A stretch of 64,000 nt of DNA, from IMG/VR virus record IMGVR_UViG_3300047548_000621, positions 8,200 to 72,199 of that record; one strand, written 5' to 3'. A program made the translations under genes and the position numbers. Positions 25,277-34,287 of this stretch are shown piece after piece. Position 1 is the stretch's first letter. Each line of letters opens with the position of its first letter. The notes beneath the pieces were generated by a model. It was not told the DNA's origin, ran no database searches, and saw only the letters and a list, made by a program, of their open reading frames with translations. This DNA comes from a virus. Its lineage: Duplodnaviria > Heunggongvirae > Uroviricota > Caudoviricetes.

Positions 25277-25498
25277 TTACCCATTTTTATTACGAATCAC
25301 CGTAGTTACATTATGAATGTCGGTGTTCTGCCTACGAATCTGCCTACTGTTCAATGCCAATAAGTTAGCCATCTTGTTTACCTGCTCACTCAAATGACGA
25401 ACACGATCCTCTAGAAACTTGATTCTTTTTTCTGGATCGTTGGGTTGAACGGTAACTTCTTTGTGTTCAGTTATTTGATTTGTATACATCTTCTTCAT
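25277..25498 (-). CDS. Hypothetical protein
   Basis: 73-aa ORF. Confidence 0.3.
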   Translation of the reverse strand: MKKMYTNQITEHKEVTVQPNDPEKRIKFLEDRVRHLSEQVNKMANLLALNSRQIRRQNTDIHNVTTVIRNKNG

Positions 25499-25507
25499 AG
25501 TGATTCC

Positions 25508-25690
25508 TTACACGGTATTTATGTCATACTTCAAAACAAGATAACTTACTAGAGGATGATCAGCAGGTTCAAACTCAATGATATAGCTCGTATGTCTTTT
25601 GGTATAGGGCAAATGCTTTACACCAGATTCCTTAATCGCCTTGTCAACTTCTCTGAAATGCTGCCAGGGAACTAAAATCTTAGTTGTCAT
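25508..25690 (-). CDS. Hypothetical small protein (MTTKILVPW...)
   Basis: The start ATG overlaps the upstream gene's YDN* stop (11-nt overlap). The ORF-track N-terminal extension is discounted. Confidence 0.3.
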   Translation of the reverse strand: MTTKILVPWQHFREVDKAIKESGVKHLPYTKRHTSYIIEFEPADHPLVSYLVLKYDINTV

Positions 25691-26216
25691 AAAGTTCCTC
25701 CTCAAAGTCCTCTTCCGATTCCAGCTTGTAGCCACGACCATCTTTCTCATAGTCAATGTAATAGTCTTCGTTGGGCATAAGCTTACGAATACCATCTACA
25801 GTGAGTGATAGAAACAGAAAGTCTTTCTCATCGGAAATGCTGACAACATACCAGCTAGTCCCGCATCCTCCACCAAACACTTTTAACATACCGTGCTTGA
25901 TATTATGATTTGTAAGTGCTTCTCTAAGCTGCATACCTTTGCTAGTAATCAACCTAATAGGTTCCTTCTTACCATTTAACCTGTCACGATCTTCTGGCGT
26001 CAATAGGCTTAATGTAGCGTTATTGTCTTCGTCAATTGTCAATAGGCAAGACTTGACCTTGATGCTACCTTTTGTGCTAGGATTGTCGGGAGTTTCTTTG
26101 GTTGACCACGGAACAGAACATTCAACGTGATTAACATAGTAGCTCTCACCCTTAGTTTTCAAGACCCACATGGGAATTGATGGATCGGTGAGGTGACCCT
26201 TATTGAAATGGAACAC
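25680..26216 (-). CDS. Hypothetical protein
   Basis: 178-aa ORF. Confidence 0.4.
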   Translation of the reverse strand: MFHFNKGHLTDPSIPMWVLKTKGESYYVNHVECSVPWSTKETPDNPSTKGSIKVKSCLLTIDEDNNATLSLLTPEDRDRLNGKKEPIRLITSKGMQLREALTNHNIKHGMLKVFGGGCGTSWYVVSISDEKDFLFLSLTVDGIRKLMPNEDYYIDYEKDGRGYKLESEEDFEEELYDN

Positions 26217-26279
26217 AACGTCCTTACAAGCTAATTCAACTTTCTATGCCATTTTACTTTCTCCTTTAGTTAGCATTCA

Positions 26280-26564
26280 TTAATATTTATATGGTAGAAT
26301 ATATTGTTCTTCAAAATATTCTTCTGTGTATAGTATTGCTTTATCTGCAAAATACAACTTAAGCCAAGTTTCTTCTTTGTCAGTATAAGCGTAAATCTTG
26401 GCAGGATCTCTTTTTCCTGCTATCTTAACCGGTTGCCTAGTTCCTATGTCTACAAAATCCAGATAGTGTTGTTCACCGGGTTCGCATTCAATCTTGGACC
26501 GAAGCAGCCACTCAATATCATCTTGAGTGAGTGCTTCGGTAATGATCCAAGTCTTTTTGATCAC
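26280..26564 (-). CDS. Hypothetical protein
   Basis: 94-aa ORF. Confidence 0.35.
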   Translation of the reverse strand: MIKKTWIITEALTQDDIEWLLRSKIECEPGEQHYLDFVDIGTRQPVKIAGKRDPAKIYAYTDKEETWLKLYFADKAILYTEEYFEEQYILPYKY

Positions 26565-26721
26565 ACTAATTCTTCAACGACACCAATTATTTCAGCAAGC
26601 AATAACATTCCCGCAAGAACGGCAATTGAACCCGTTCCCCAAGCTACAGCACATCCTAAAATACGAATGCCGCTCTTTGCAAAACTAATAATCTGATGCA
26701 GTCTAGGATCAGGCTGTTCCA

Positions 26722-27258
26722 TTATTCACCTCGCAAATAAGCAAGAACATTTTCAGGTGAAGTTTCACCATATGGGTCAGTTGTGCAGTTATGCTCAATG
26801 CCGGGCTCAATGAACCACTTTTCAATAACACCATTATCGATAATAACTGCATAGCGCCAAGAACGAACACCAAATCCAAGATTGTCCTTCTGAACAAGCA
26901 TATTCATCTGGCTAGTGAAATAACCAGAACCATCTGGAATAACCTTAACATTCTGCAATCCTTGATCTTGCGCCCACTTATTCATAACAAAACTGTCATT
27001 CACAGAAACACAGTAGATTTCATCAATCCCGAGTTCCTTGAACTTTTCATAGTTCTGTTCAAAGCCCGGAAGCTGATAAGTTGAGCAAGTTGGGGTGAAC
27101 GCTCCGGGGAGCGAAAACAATACTACTCGCTTACCTGCGAAATAGTCGTAACTTGATACATCCTGCCAGCGATAGGGATTTGGTCCTTCAATAGAATCAT
27201 CACGGACACGAGTCTTAAAGACTACAGCAGGAACAATTTGTGGAAGTTGATCAGTCAT
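26722..27258 (-). CDS. Peroxiredoxin (Prx5/redoxin-like, AhpC/TSA family)
   Basis: 178 aa. LPGAFTPTCS contains the peroxidatic Cys in an FTPTC context. Confidence 0.7.
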   Translation of the reverse strand: MTDQLPQIVPAVVFKTRVRDDSIEGPNPYRWQDVSSYDYFAGKRVVLFSLPGAFTPTCSTYQLPGFEQNYEKFKELGIDEIYCVSVNDSFVMNKWAQDQGLQNVKVIPDGSGYFTSQMNMLVQKDNLGFGVRSWRYAVIIDNGVIEKWFIEPGIEHNCTTDPYGETSPENVLAYLRGE

Positions 27259-27275
27259 ATTTTTCCTTTAGTATA

Positions 27276-27350
27276 TGGCGCGCTCGGTGGGATTCGAACC
27301 CACTGTCTCGGGCTTTAGAGACCCTTGCAATACCATTTAGCCTCGGGCGC
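27276..27350 (-). tRNA. tRNA-like gene, candidate amber suppressor (CUA), anticodon arm ambiguous
   Basis: Acceptor GCGCCCG/CGAGCGC (one C-A mismatch), D-loop with GG, T-arm GUGGGUUCGAAUCCCAC, G73, CCA. Standard numbering gives stem AGGGU/GCCCG (27-43 mismatch) and loop CUCUAAA. The alternative is a perfect 5-bp stem GUCUC/GAGAC with an 8-nt loop. Confidence 0.4.
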
Positions 27351-27394
27351 GTTTAATTTCTATGTTGAGAATATATCAGTTATTACAATGATAA

Positions 27395-27649
27395 TCAATT
27401 AATTTGGGTATCTTTGTGACCCTGAATAAACTTCTTTTCTTGGAATGTTCTTTCCTTAAAGAACTTGCGAGGATTACCGCACATTGAACAATCAGGATCA
27501 CCGCAATTCAATGAATGCATCTTAGCATAGCGATGGGGCTGATTCTTAGTATGATTGATACCGTGACATTTAGCAATGCGCTTCTGTCGTTCAATGGCAA
27601 CTTGTGTCCTAGCGCGGCGAGTTGATTTCTTAAGTCTGTTATCGCTCAT
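27395..27649 (-). CDS. Small basic Cys/His-rich protein
   Basis: 84-aa ORF. Confidence 0.3.
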   Translation of the reverse strand: MSDNRLKKSTRRARTQVAIERQKRIAKCHGINHTKNQPHRYAKMHSLNCGDPDCSMCGNPRKFFKERTFQEKKFIQGHKDTQIN

Positions 27650-27784
27650 TTCTTTCTCGTTTTGGGAGTGTGGCAGTTTTTTCTATTGTCTAGATTTTGT
27701 TTCTGTTGGGTTGGTAACCAACCCATCGTACCGACGTTGTTCTGAGCTATTACTTTTTCTATAAACTTTTTACCTGCACCTAAT

Positions 27785-28360
27785 CTATTCAAATCCATTT
27801 AATTCTCTCACTATCCAACCTAATTTGAGTAGGTCCTCTCTTATTTCGTCGGTGACTTCACTTTCACCTACAGTACCTTCACCGTCGTGTCTTCCAATCC
27901 CAGAACAATACCAATCGATATAGTCACCCTCTTCTCGCATATCAGCAATTATGCCTCCTGCATAACGCCAACTACAGCTCCAAGCTTCTCCCTTTAATAC
28001 AGGCCAAACATCATTTTTGATGAATTCATTATTACACATAGCAGCATAAAGGTTCTGTGCGTATGCATCGCTTTCACGAACCTTTATCAATATCCAGTCT
28101 GTAGATCGAAGATCATATTCGAGATTGTTTTTCTGCCATTCTGGATCTTGTTCTCGGTCTTTCTTAAGCTGGTCCCAAGTTCGGTACCACTCAAGCATCT
28201 TATCAGTTTCAGGATCGTCTATTAGGCCCTTTTCAGTCTGTCTTTCTACATACTTATCACGCTGAAAAGTGTTGCGTTCAGGGCTTCTTGATATCGTCAT
28301 ACTTTTTTGCTCTACTAAACATCCAAGATACCAAAATATAAACTCCAATAGGAACAGCAA
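27785..28360 (-). CDS. Hypothetical protein
   Basis: 191-aa ORF, Trp/acidic-rich. The start may be an internal Met. Confidence 0.35.
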   Translation of the reverse strand: MLFLLEFIFWYLGCLVEQKSMTISRSPERNTFQRDKYVERQTEKGLIDDPETDKMLEWYRTWDQLKKDREQDPEWQKNNLEYDLRSTDWILIKVRESDAYAQNLYAAMCNNEFIKNDVWPVLKGEAWSCSWRYAGGIIADMREEGDYIDWYCSGIGRHDGEGTVGESEVTDEIREDLLKLGWIVRELNGFE

Positions 28361-28414
28361 CTCCAGTTACTACTACGGTCCCTATCATAGCTAAAAAGTT
28401 AAGAAATATTTCTA

Positions 28415-28627
28415 TCATCGTTTTATCTTTCGCAACTTACTATTTATATAGTATATTGCTATGAAGGGCGAAACGACCAAAACGCCTATCAAGAATAAAA
28501 TTATCATCATTAACGACAATAACTCATCTGATAGGCGTTTTAACATTATACTACTTGAAACAAAACTAAAGCAAGAATTCCAGTTAGATATAGGAATGTT
28601 CTTCCCCAGCCCGAGTAGACCAACCAA
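28415..28627 (-). CDS. Small membrane protein
   Basis: 70 aa, hydrophobic. Confidence 0.3.
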   Translation of the reverse strand: MVGLLGLGKNIPISNWNSCFSFVSSSIMLKRLSDELLSLMMIILFLIGVLVVSPFIAIYYINSKLRKIKR

Positions 28628-28628
28628 T

Positions 28629-28850
28629 TCATTCTACGAACTCCAAACTAGTAACAACTGCGCTTTCATATTCAGCAAGACCGCGGTGTTCGTCTTCAAC
28701 TAACTCCTTCAACTCATATGCTAAACTCTTTTCGGGAGTAGGATGAACAACAAAATGGTTTCGCTGATGGTAGGATATTAAATCCTCAATTGAAGAAAAT
28801 CTATCTTCATCAAAATGAACATCAAATTCAATAACAGCACGAACACGCAT
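28629..28850 (-). CDS. Hypothetical protein
   Basis: 73-aa ORF. Confidence 0.3.
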   Translation of the reverse strand: MRVRAVIEFDVHFDEDRFSSIEDLISYHQRNHFVVHPTPEKSLAYELKELVEDEHRGLAEYESAVVTSLEFVE

Positions 28851-28912
28851 TTTACATTCTCCGTAGCAATCTATTAGAATCTCACTATATGTTATTTATG
28901 TTCCTAAGTCAA

Positions 28913-28940
28913 CCAAAAAAATAGCCTCTTTCGAGGCTAT
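28913..28940 (-). terminator. Rho-independent terminator (hairpin with T-runs on both sides, so effectively bidirectional)
   Basis: AUAGCCUC-uuuc-GAGGCUAU with A7 on the plus strand upstream (U7 on minus) and a U-rich run downstream. It sits just 3' of the TonB-receptor gene. Confidence 0.55.
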
Positions 28941-28963
28941 TTTCTTTTATTGAGATTGTAACA

Positions 28964-31204
28964 TTAAAAGTGAAGTCCCAACGAGACTCCATATGTCCTG
29001 GGCTCTCTAGCAAAAGCCAAAGACCAAAGACCTACTAGGTTTCCTGCGGCGTGAACTGGGCCTCTAGAATTAAGTAAATTGTGACCCCAAAATGTCAACT
29101 TAGCATCTGCGCCATTAAGTGAAAACGATGTAGCTACACTTGCATCTAATAGATTCAGCGCAGGTGAGCGAACACCTGGGTCCATTGTCAATACTTTATA
29201 ATTTTGTGTCCCGTTTGCATTTGAACTTAGTAAAATTCCAGGTCCTTGCGAATTATAAACATCGTGTGGACCTACGTAACGATAAGCAAGATTAAAATTA
29301 ACATTTTTTAGTGTATAATTAACACTCGCTGTTCCCATAAACTTTGGAGCGTAGATCATATCTACACTAGACAAGTCGTAGGTATCAGTCAATGGAGCCA
29401 AATTCGGGTTAGGAGAATTAATAACAAATCCATTATAACTCGTCTTTAATGCAGAAAATGAACCATTAAATGTTAAATTATTAACTGGCTTATATGAAAG
29501 TTCTAGCTCAACGCCTTTAATGTTGCTTGAAGCAACATTCGCAATTACGACCTCATTTCCGGTTGGGCCTCCTGGAATATTAGTAATTTGCTGCATACCT
29601 TTATATTTTGCAACAAATCCAGCAAGTGATATATTCAGTTTGTTATCAAACAAAGAAACCTTGGTTCCTAATTCAAAAGAATCAACAATCTCTGGATTGA
29701 ATGGTGTAGTTGCTGATACAGGAGTCAGTCCGCGTAAAGAAAATCCGCCCGAACGATAACCCTGAGACCAAGAAGCATATACCATAGTATCCTTGTTTAT
29801 ATGATAATCCACGCTAACTCTAGGAGTAAATCTATTGAAATTCTTAGATGAGTCTCCTAGTTGATAGAAGAAGAACTGGTTTAACCACTTCTTGTCGTGA
29901 GTCCATCTGCCCCCCAATTCTAATCGCAAGTTGTCAGTAATATTTGCGTTAACATCACTGAAGAAAGCGTAAGAAGTTGTTCCTCCCTTAGCAACTTGAG
30001 CATTAGGTAACGAAAGAGAACCCCCGACCCACGAACCAAAGAATCTAGTGTTCATTGCGTGGTAGTAGCGACCATCATAGAAATAAGCACCAACTACATA
30101 ATCAATAGAATTATTAATGTTGCCTGCTGCTCTCAACTCTTGACTATATTGACGAAATGTTTGTTGTCTATAGATAGCAGAAAAATCCAATGAAGTTCCG
30201 TCAAAATCCTGCCACTGATATTCGGTTGACTTCCTATAAGATGAAATGGATGTTAGCTTGACTGCATCAAGATCGTAATTCATTTCCAACGTCACTGATG
30301 GAGCAGAAAAATATGTTTTAGGTTCGTTACCATCAATAGTATTTCCAAAAACAGTGTATAAATCAGAAGTTAGATTGCGATTGCATTGGTTAGAAGGAAT
30401 TAATGCACAAAGATATTCGCCGTTTTTAGTTGTCGAAGAAACATAAGGATTTGATTCTTGAATCTGCTTCTCAACAGTTAATAAAGCATTAAAATTATTG
30501 CTGGGTTCATATAAGAAACTTGCACCGAAGTTTTCATTATTATATCCTCCTACACTCTTTCCATCAGATGCTCGGTGTAGGAAGCCGTCGCTTTGACTAT
30601 GAAAATACCAAAGCTTAGTAGAAATAGAGTCTGCCAACTTAGGCAAGTTTACTACTGTTTTTGCAGTGTATGAATTATAATTTCCGTAAGATACATCTGC
30701 CTTAACATCAAGTCTGCCTAGAGGTCTTGTTCTCTTGATATTAATTACGCCGCCTATAGTGTTTCTACCGAACAGAGTTCCCTGAGGACCTCTCAAAATT
30801 TCAAGTTGTGAAGTATCATACAAATCCAAATATTGTCCAGTGCTTGTTCCGATAAAGACACCGTCAACCACTACAGCAACTGTTGGGTCATAGGATTTTT
30901 CAACATCAGCAAATGACATTCCCCTGATAGATACACTTGCTGTTCCGGCTGCCGAAGGCTGTGCGTTGAAAAGCACATTTGGGGCAATGCCCATCAAGTC
31001 GCCGGTGTTTACATTACCGCGAAGATCCAGCGTTTTTGAATCAATTGCAGTGATGGCGATAGGAGTATTTCGTAGTTCTTCGTTTCTGTATCTAGCAGTA
31101 ACGATGATATCATTGGGATTTTCTGTCTCAATTTTATTAGGTGCAGCGATTGCACTAGTTGATGCTAATAATGAAAGACATAGCCCAAATAAATATTTCT
31201 TCAT
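28964..31204 (-). CDS. TonB-dependent outer-membrane receptor
   Basis: Internal Met at 31202-31204, with an AAGGAAAG Shine-Dalgarno, is taken as the start. Signal peptide, TonB-box-like DIIVTA and a plug region, about 700 aa of alternating beta-barrel pattern, C-terminal aromatic residue (...LGLHF). Confidence 0.7.
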   Translation of the reverse strand: MKKYLFGLCLSLLASTSAIAAPNKIETENPNDIIVTARYRNEELRNTPIAITAIDSKTLDLRGNVNTGDLMGIAPNVLFNAQPSAAGTASVSIRGMSFADVEKSYDPTVAVVVDGVFIGTSTGQYLDLYDTSQLEILRGPQGTLFGRNTIGGVINIKRTRPLGRLDVKADVSYGNYNSYTAKTVVNLPKLADSISTKLWYFHSQSDGFLHRASDGKSVGGYNNENFGASFLYEPSNNFNALLTVEKQIQESNPYVSSTTKNGEYLCALIPSNQCNRNLTSDLYTVFGNTIDGNEPKTYFSAPSVTLEMNYDLDAVKLTSISSYRKSTEYQWQDFDGTSLDFSAIYRQQTFRQYSQELRAAGNINNSIDYVVGAYFYDGRYYHAMNTRFFGSWVGGSLSLPNAQVAKGGTTSYAFFSDVNANITDNLRLELGGRWTHDKKWLNQFFFYQLGDSSKNFNRFTPRVSVDYHINKDTMVYASWSQGYRSGGFSLRGLTPVSATTPFNPEIVDSFELGTKVSLFDNKLNISLAGFVAKYKGMQQITNIPGGPTGNEVVIANVASSNIKGVELELSYKPVNNLTFNGSFSALKTSYNGFVINSPNPNLAPLTDTYDLSSVDMIYAPKFMGTASVNYTLKNVNFNLAYRYVGPHDVYNSQGPGILLSSNANGTQNYKVLTMDPGVRSPALNLLDASVATSFSLNGADAKLTFWGHNLLNSRGPVHAAGNLVGLWSLAFAREPRTYGVSLGLHF

Positions 31205-31306
31205 ATTTCTTTCCTTTATACTAATAATTATCTGAAATAATATGTTCCAAAAAAAATCCAGATAAGGCGGTGCCCACTCTTTCAAGCGGGCACCCATTTT
31301 ATCTAC

Positions 31307-32686
31307 TTACTTAGAAGTTTCTTTCTTAGCAGGTTTTGCGTTAGGTGCACCCAACTTAGTGATTACACCGTTGACAAGAGCCTGACCTTCTTCTGTCTGG
31401 CTAAGAGCAGTCAACATACCTGCAATGCTAGTTCCGCCCGCCGGGCTGAACACGCCTGCAAGATTAGACATACCGCTCTGTACATCACCGCCGTTAGCGA
31501 TGATCTTAAGATCAGCAGCCTTAATAGCTCCAGCCATTTCCTTACCAACAGCTTCGGTAGCTTCAACATTACGAATCTTGATGAGATAATCCTGATAACT
31601 CTGGTTCTCACCGATTTCCTTAGCAAGCGTCATTTGAGCGTTAACCGGGGCAAGCAAGATAGCCTTTTCAGCTTCACCCTTAGCGATACCCTCAGCCTGA
31701 ATACCTTCTGCATTCTTGAGAGTAGCCTGTAGATTACCTTCTGCAATCTTAATTGCAGCTTCACGCTCGGCTTCTGCACTCACCACCTTGACTCGCTGAT
31801 CCTGCTCTGCCTTAACAACAGCAACTTCACGCTCGATTTCAGCAGTCTTGACGCTCTGAACCTTCTGTACTTCCATCTGTCGTTCAGCAGTAGTCTTAGC
31901 TTCTGCCTGAACTTCCTGCTCACTCTTTTCCTGAGCGATGCCGACGATCTTTTCCTTTTCGGCTTCACGAAGACCGACAGTCTGTTCAGCTTCTGTCTTG
32001 CTCAATGCAATCTGTCGCTGGGCTTCAATTTCTCGGGATTCAGCTTCCTGCAAGTTCTTCGCAACTTCCATACGACTTTCCTTTTCAATAAAGGACTTTT
32101 TCTTCGCCATAATGTTGTGAATAACCTGGCTGTTCTGTGCGTCACGAATGTTCATAAACTCAATAGTCTTAACAGTCTGGACACCCCATTCCTTAAGACC
32201 TTCGTCAACAACAGCAGAGAATTCTGCGCCCATTGTAGCACGATCTGTCATAATGTGATCAAGGGTATACTTAGCAAGAACATTACGAACAGCACCTTGT
32301 AGAACACCAGATAGCTGATCCTTGAGTTCCTGGAAGTTAGAAACACGCTGGGCAGCAGTCTGACTATCGCTTACTCGGAAGAATGCACGAACGTCTACGA
32401 GAAATTCAAGACGATCAACGTCATATGCATCGTAATTGAGCAGGTTCAAGTCAAACACTGACAATGGGAACTTACTGACTGTGACACCGATCTTGGGAAT
32501 CCAGCTGGGGAATTCATAGTAGCTGTTGCCGGCTTCAAGTCCAGACCCATATGAGATAGACTTCTTACCTGACTGAACGATATGCACTTCGTTAGTAGGG
32601 ACAACAACGCGCCAAAAGAGGGCGCAAATAATGCTAATGCCGACAATAGCAGCAAGAGCAATCAAACCAATAAAAATCATATTCAA
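31307..32686 (-). CDS. SPFH/band-7 (flotillin-like) membrane protein
   Basis: 459 aa. N-terminal TM helix, SPFH-like region, then a long Glu/Ala/Lys-rich coiled coil (EAEKEKIVGIAQEKSEQEVQAEAK...). Confidence 0.7.
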   Translation of the reverse strand: MNMIFIGLIALAAIVGISIICALFWRVVVPTNEVHIVQSGKKSISYGSGLEAGNSYYEFPSWIPKIGVTVSKFPLSVFDLNLLNYDAYDVDRLEFLVDVRAFFRVSDSQTAAQRVSNFQELKDQLSGVLQGAVRNVLAKYTLDHIMTDRATMGAEFSAVVDEGLKEWGVQTVKTIEFMNIRDAQNSQVIHNIMAKKKSFIEKESRMEVAKNLQEAESREIEAQRQIALSKTEAEQTVGLREAEKEKIVGIAQEKSEQEVQAEAKTTAERQMEVQKVQSVKTAEIEREVAVVKAEQDQRVKVVSAEAEREAAIKIAEGNLQATLKNAEGIQAEGIAKGEAEKAILLAPVNAQMTLAKEIGENQSYQDYLIKIRNVEATEAVGKEMAGAIKAADLKIIANGGDVQSGMSNLAGVFSPAGGTSIAGMLTALSQTEEGQALVNGVITKLGAPNAKPAKKETSK

Positions 32687-32692
32687 TATTCC

Positions 32693-33214
32693 TTAGTTAG
32701 AGTTAGAGGTAAGAACAACGATAGTAGGATCGCTGATACGAAACGGCTTGTCACTGTAAAGGTACTTACCAGCCCACTGAAAATACTGACCATCAGTAGT
32801 CCAGAAGAACACATAAGGGGTAGAGTTACCATAAGTGCCTTCATCGCTAGGAGCTTCGACTACTTCATAGCTACATCCGCCACCTGCGACGCCAAGACAC
32901 TGAAATTCCTGAGGGCGAGTCAGTCGCTTGCCACCAGAAGTGATCTTACCCTTGACACTTGCATACATTACGGGCTTGCCCATTTCATTAAGCAATAGAA
33001 CGAATCCGATCTGACCCGGATTACTTGTCAATTCAAGACGCTGCTTGATATTGTCAATTTCAGCATTTTCATTAAACTTAATTGAATTAGCGGCAGCAGC
33101 AGCCTTTTCAGCTTGAACATCCTTAGCAGTCTTTGGCTCAGACTGAACATCACACCCAGCAAGAGCAAATGATGCTGCAAGAGCAGCAACAATTCCAAAC
33201 TTATTCATAATCAT
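32693..33214 (-). CDS. Lipoprotein
   Basis: Lipobox LAGC after the signal peptide. Immediately downstream of the SPFH gene, so probably the same operon. Confidence 0.45.
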   Translation of the reverse strand: MIMNKFGIVAALAASFALAGCDVQSEPKTAKDVQAEKAAAAANSIKFNENAEIDNIKQRLELTSNPGQIGFVLLLNEMGKPVMYASVKGKITSGGKRLTRPQEFQCLGVAGGGCSYEVVEAPSDEGTYGNSTPYVFFWTTDGQYFQWAGKYLYSDKPFRISDPTIVVLTSNSN

Positions 33215-33218
33215 TTCC

Positions 33219-33617
33219 TTATTCGCAAACAGTTACATCAAGTTCGTAGGGAAGGTTGCGATCCTTAAACAGCCCACGATTAAGCTTCTTACTATCAGCA
33301 TTATAGCCATTAGCAAGTTCTCGGCAGCTTTGCTTCATACCCGAGAGTTCGATCCTAAGATTAGTCTTTTCAGTAGGATCAGTCGTTTCTGCAAGCAATG
33401 CCTTGTGTTCCTTAATCTGCGAAACACGAGATTCATAGTTTGCATTAACATCGAAGAATCGTTCATAATTGAAAACGATGTTGTTGGTTTCAAGTGTCTT
33501 GTTGATGACACGGCCGGGAGCAGTAGCAGCGGTATTAAAAACACCGAGATAAGTGCATCCTACCGGGACTGCAACCAGAATTAGGGCACCAACTGCCACT
33601 ATGCGTAATACGGACAT
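33219..33617 (-). CDS. Membrane-anchored hypothetical protein
   Basis: Internal Met with an AAGGAG Shine-Dalgarno is taken as the start. N-terminal TM/signal (MSVLRIVAVGALILVAVPVGC). Confidence 0.4.
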   Translation of the reverse strand: MSVLRIVAVGALILVAVPVGCTYLGVFNTAATAPGRVINKTLETNNIVFNYERFFDVNANYESRVSQIKEHKALLAETTDPTEKTNLRIELSGMKQSCRELANGYNADSKKLNRGLFKDRNLPYELDVTVCE

Positions 33618-33673
33618 TTTTACTCCTTTATGCCGTTGTAATAATATAGTTATATGTGAATGTATAGAGAATG

Positions 33674-33958
33674 TCAAGCAGAGATTTCAGCTTCGGGCAA
33701 ATCAATATGTCGAGGTCCTTCGGTCTTGAACCACTCAAGAACCTCTTGCTTATTCTTACCGAAGAAGGAAACATCCATACCAAAGTGCTTGGTACTATTG
33801 AAAATCTTACCCTGCCAAGCTGGCCCGCCGGCATTCTTAGGACGACTGGTAAACTTAAGTTGTCCGACAACCTTGCCGTTATACTTGACAGCAAAAGTGT
33901 GAAAACGTTCGTTCTGCAAATCTGCAAAACCGTTGAGAACTTTAGCGAGAGTCCACAT
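33674..33958 (-). CDS. Hypothetical protein
   Basis: 94-aa ORF. Confidence 0.3.
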   Translation of the reverse strand: MWTLAKVLNGFADLQNERFHTFAVKYNGKVVGQLKFTSRPKNAGGPAWQGKIFNSTKHFGMDVSFFGKNKQEVLEWFKTEGPRHIDLPEAEISA

Positions 33959-34221
33959 TACGCAGCTACCTTTTCACCACGAGCAATCTGAATATCAATG
34001 TCACGGAAAGTCACTACGAACTTCATCATTTCGAGAGCAGCGTCCGACAGATAAGTGACAGTTTCACGACCATTGAGATAGTGCTGAACACCAATCCAAG
34101 GGCGAACAACATCGTCGGCGCACATACGATCAACGATTGCTACAACTTCCCCGCGGATAGTACCAGCAGCAGATTCGTAGCGAACACGATCACCAACGAG
34201 AACAGTCTTGGGATAAGCCAT
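33958..34221 (-). CDS. Hypothetical protein
   Basis: 87-aa ORF. Confidence 0.3.
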   Translation of the reverse strand: MAYPKTVLVGDRVRYESAAGTIRGEVVAIVDRMCADDVVRPWIGVQHYLNGRETVTYLSDAALEMMKFVVTFRDIDIQIARGEKVAA

Positions 34222-34287
34222 ATACAGAACCTTTCGTTTGCTCTTTATATGACTGTTATATCAGTTTTGGGTAACCGTGTCAACCGA

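Noticed and set aside
28964-31297. A TonB-dependent receptor, flotillin and lipoproteins suggest this is bacterial chromosome or a prophage boundary rather than phage.
   Set aside because: Both flanks are phage-type modules on the same strand with tight gene packing. Upstream is NAD salvage and peroxiredoxin; downstream is PAAR, RNR and fibres. A phage-carried host-like island is more parsimonious, though chimeric assembly cannot be excluded from one window.
31205-31297. N-terminal 31-aa extension (MGARLKEW...) of the TonB receptor and similar upstream extensions on 33219-33677 and 6414-6923.
   Set aside because: Internal Met codons are preceded by good Shine-Dalgarno sequences and give proper signal peptides (33219-33617), or avoid overlap with a tRNA (6414-6833). 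The longer ORFs are six-frame over-extensions.
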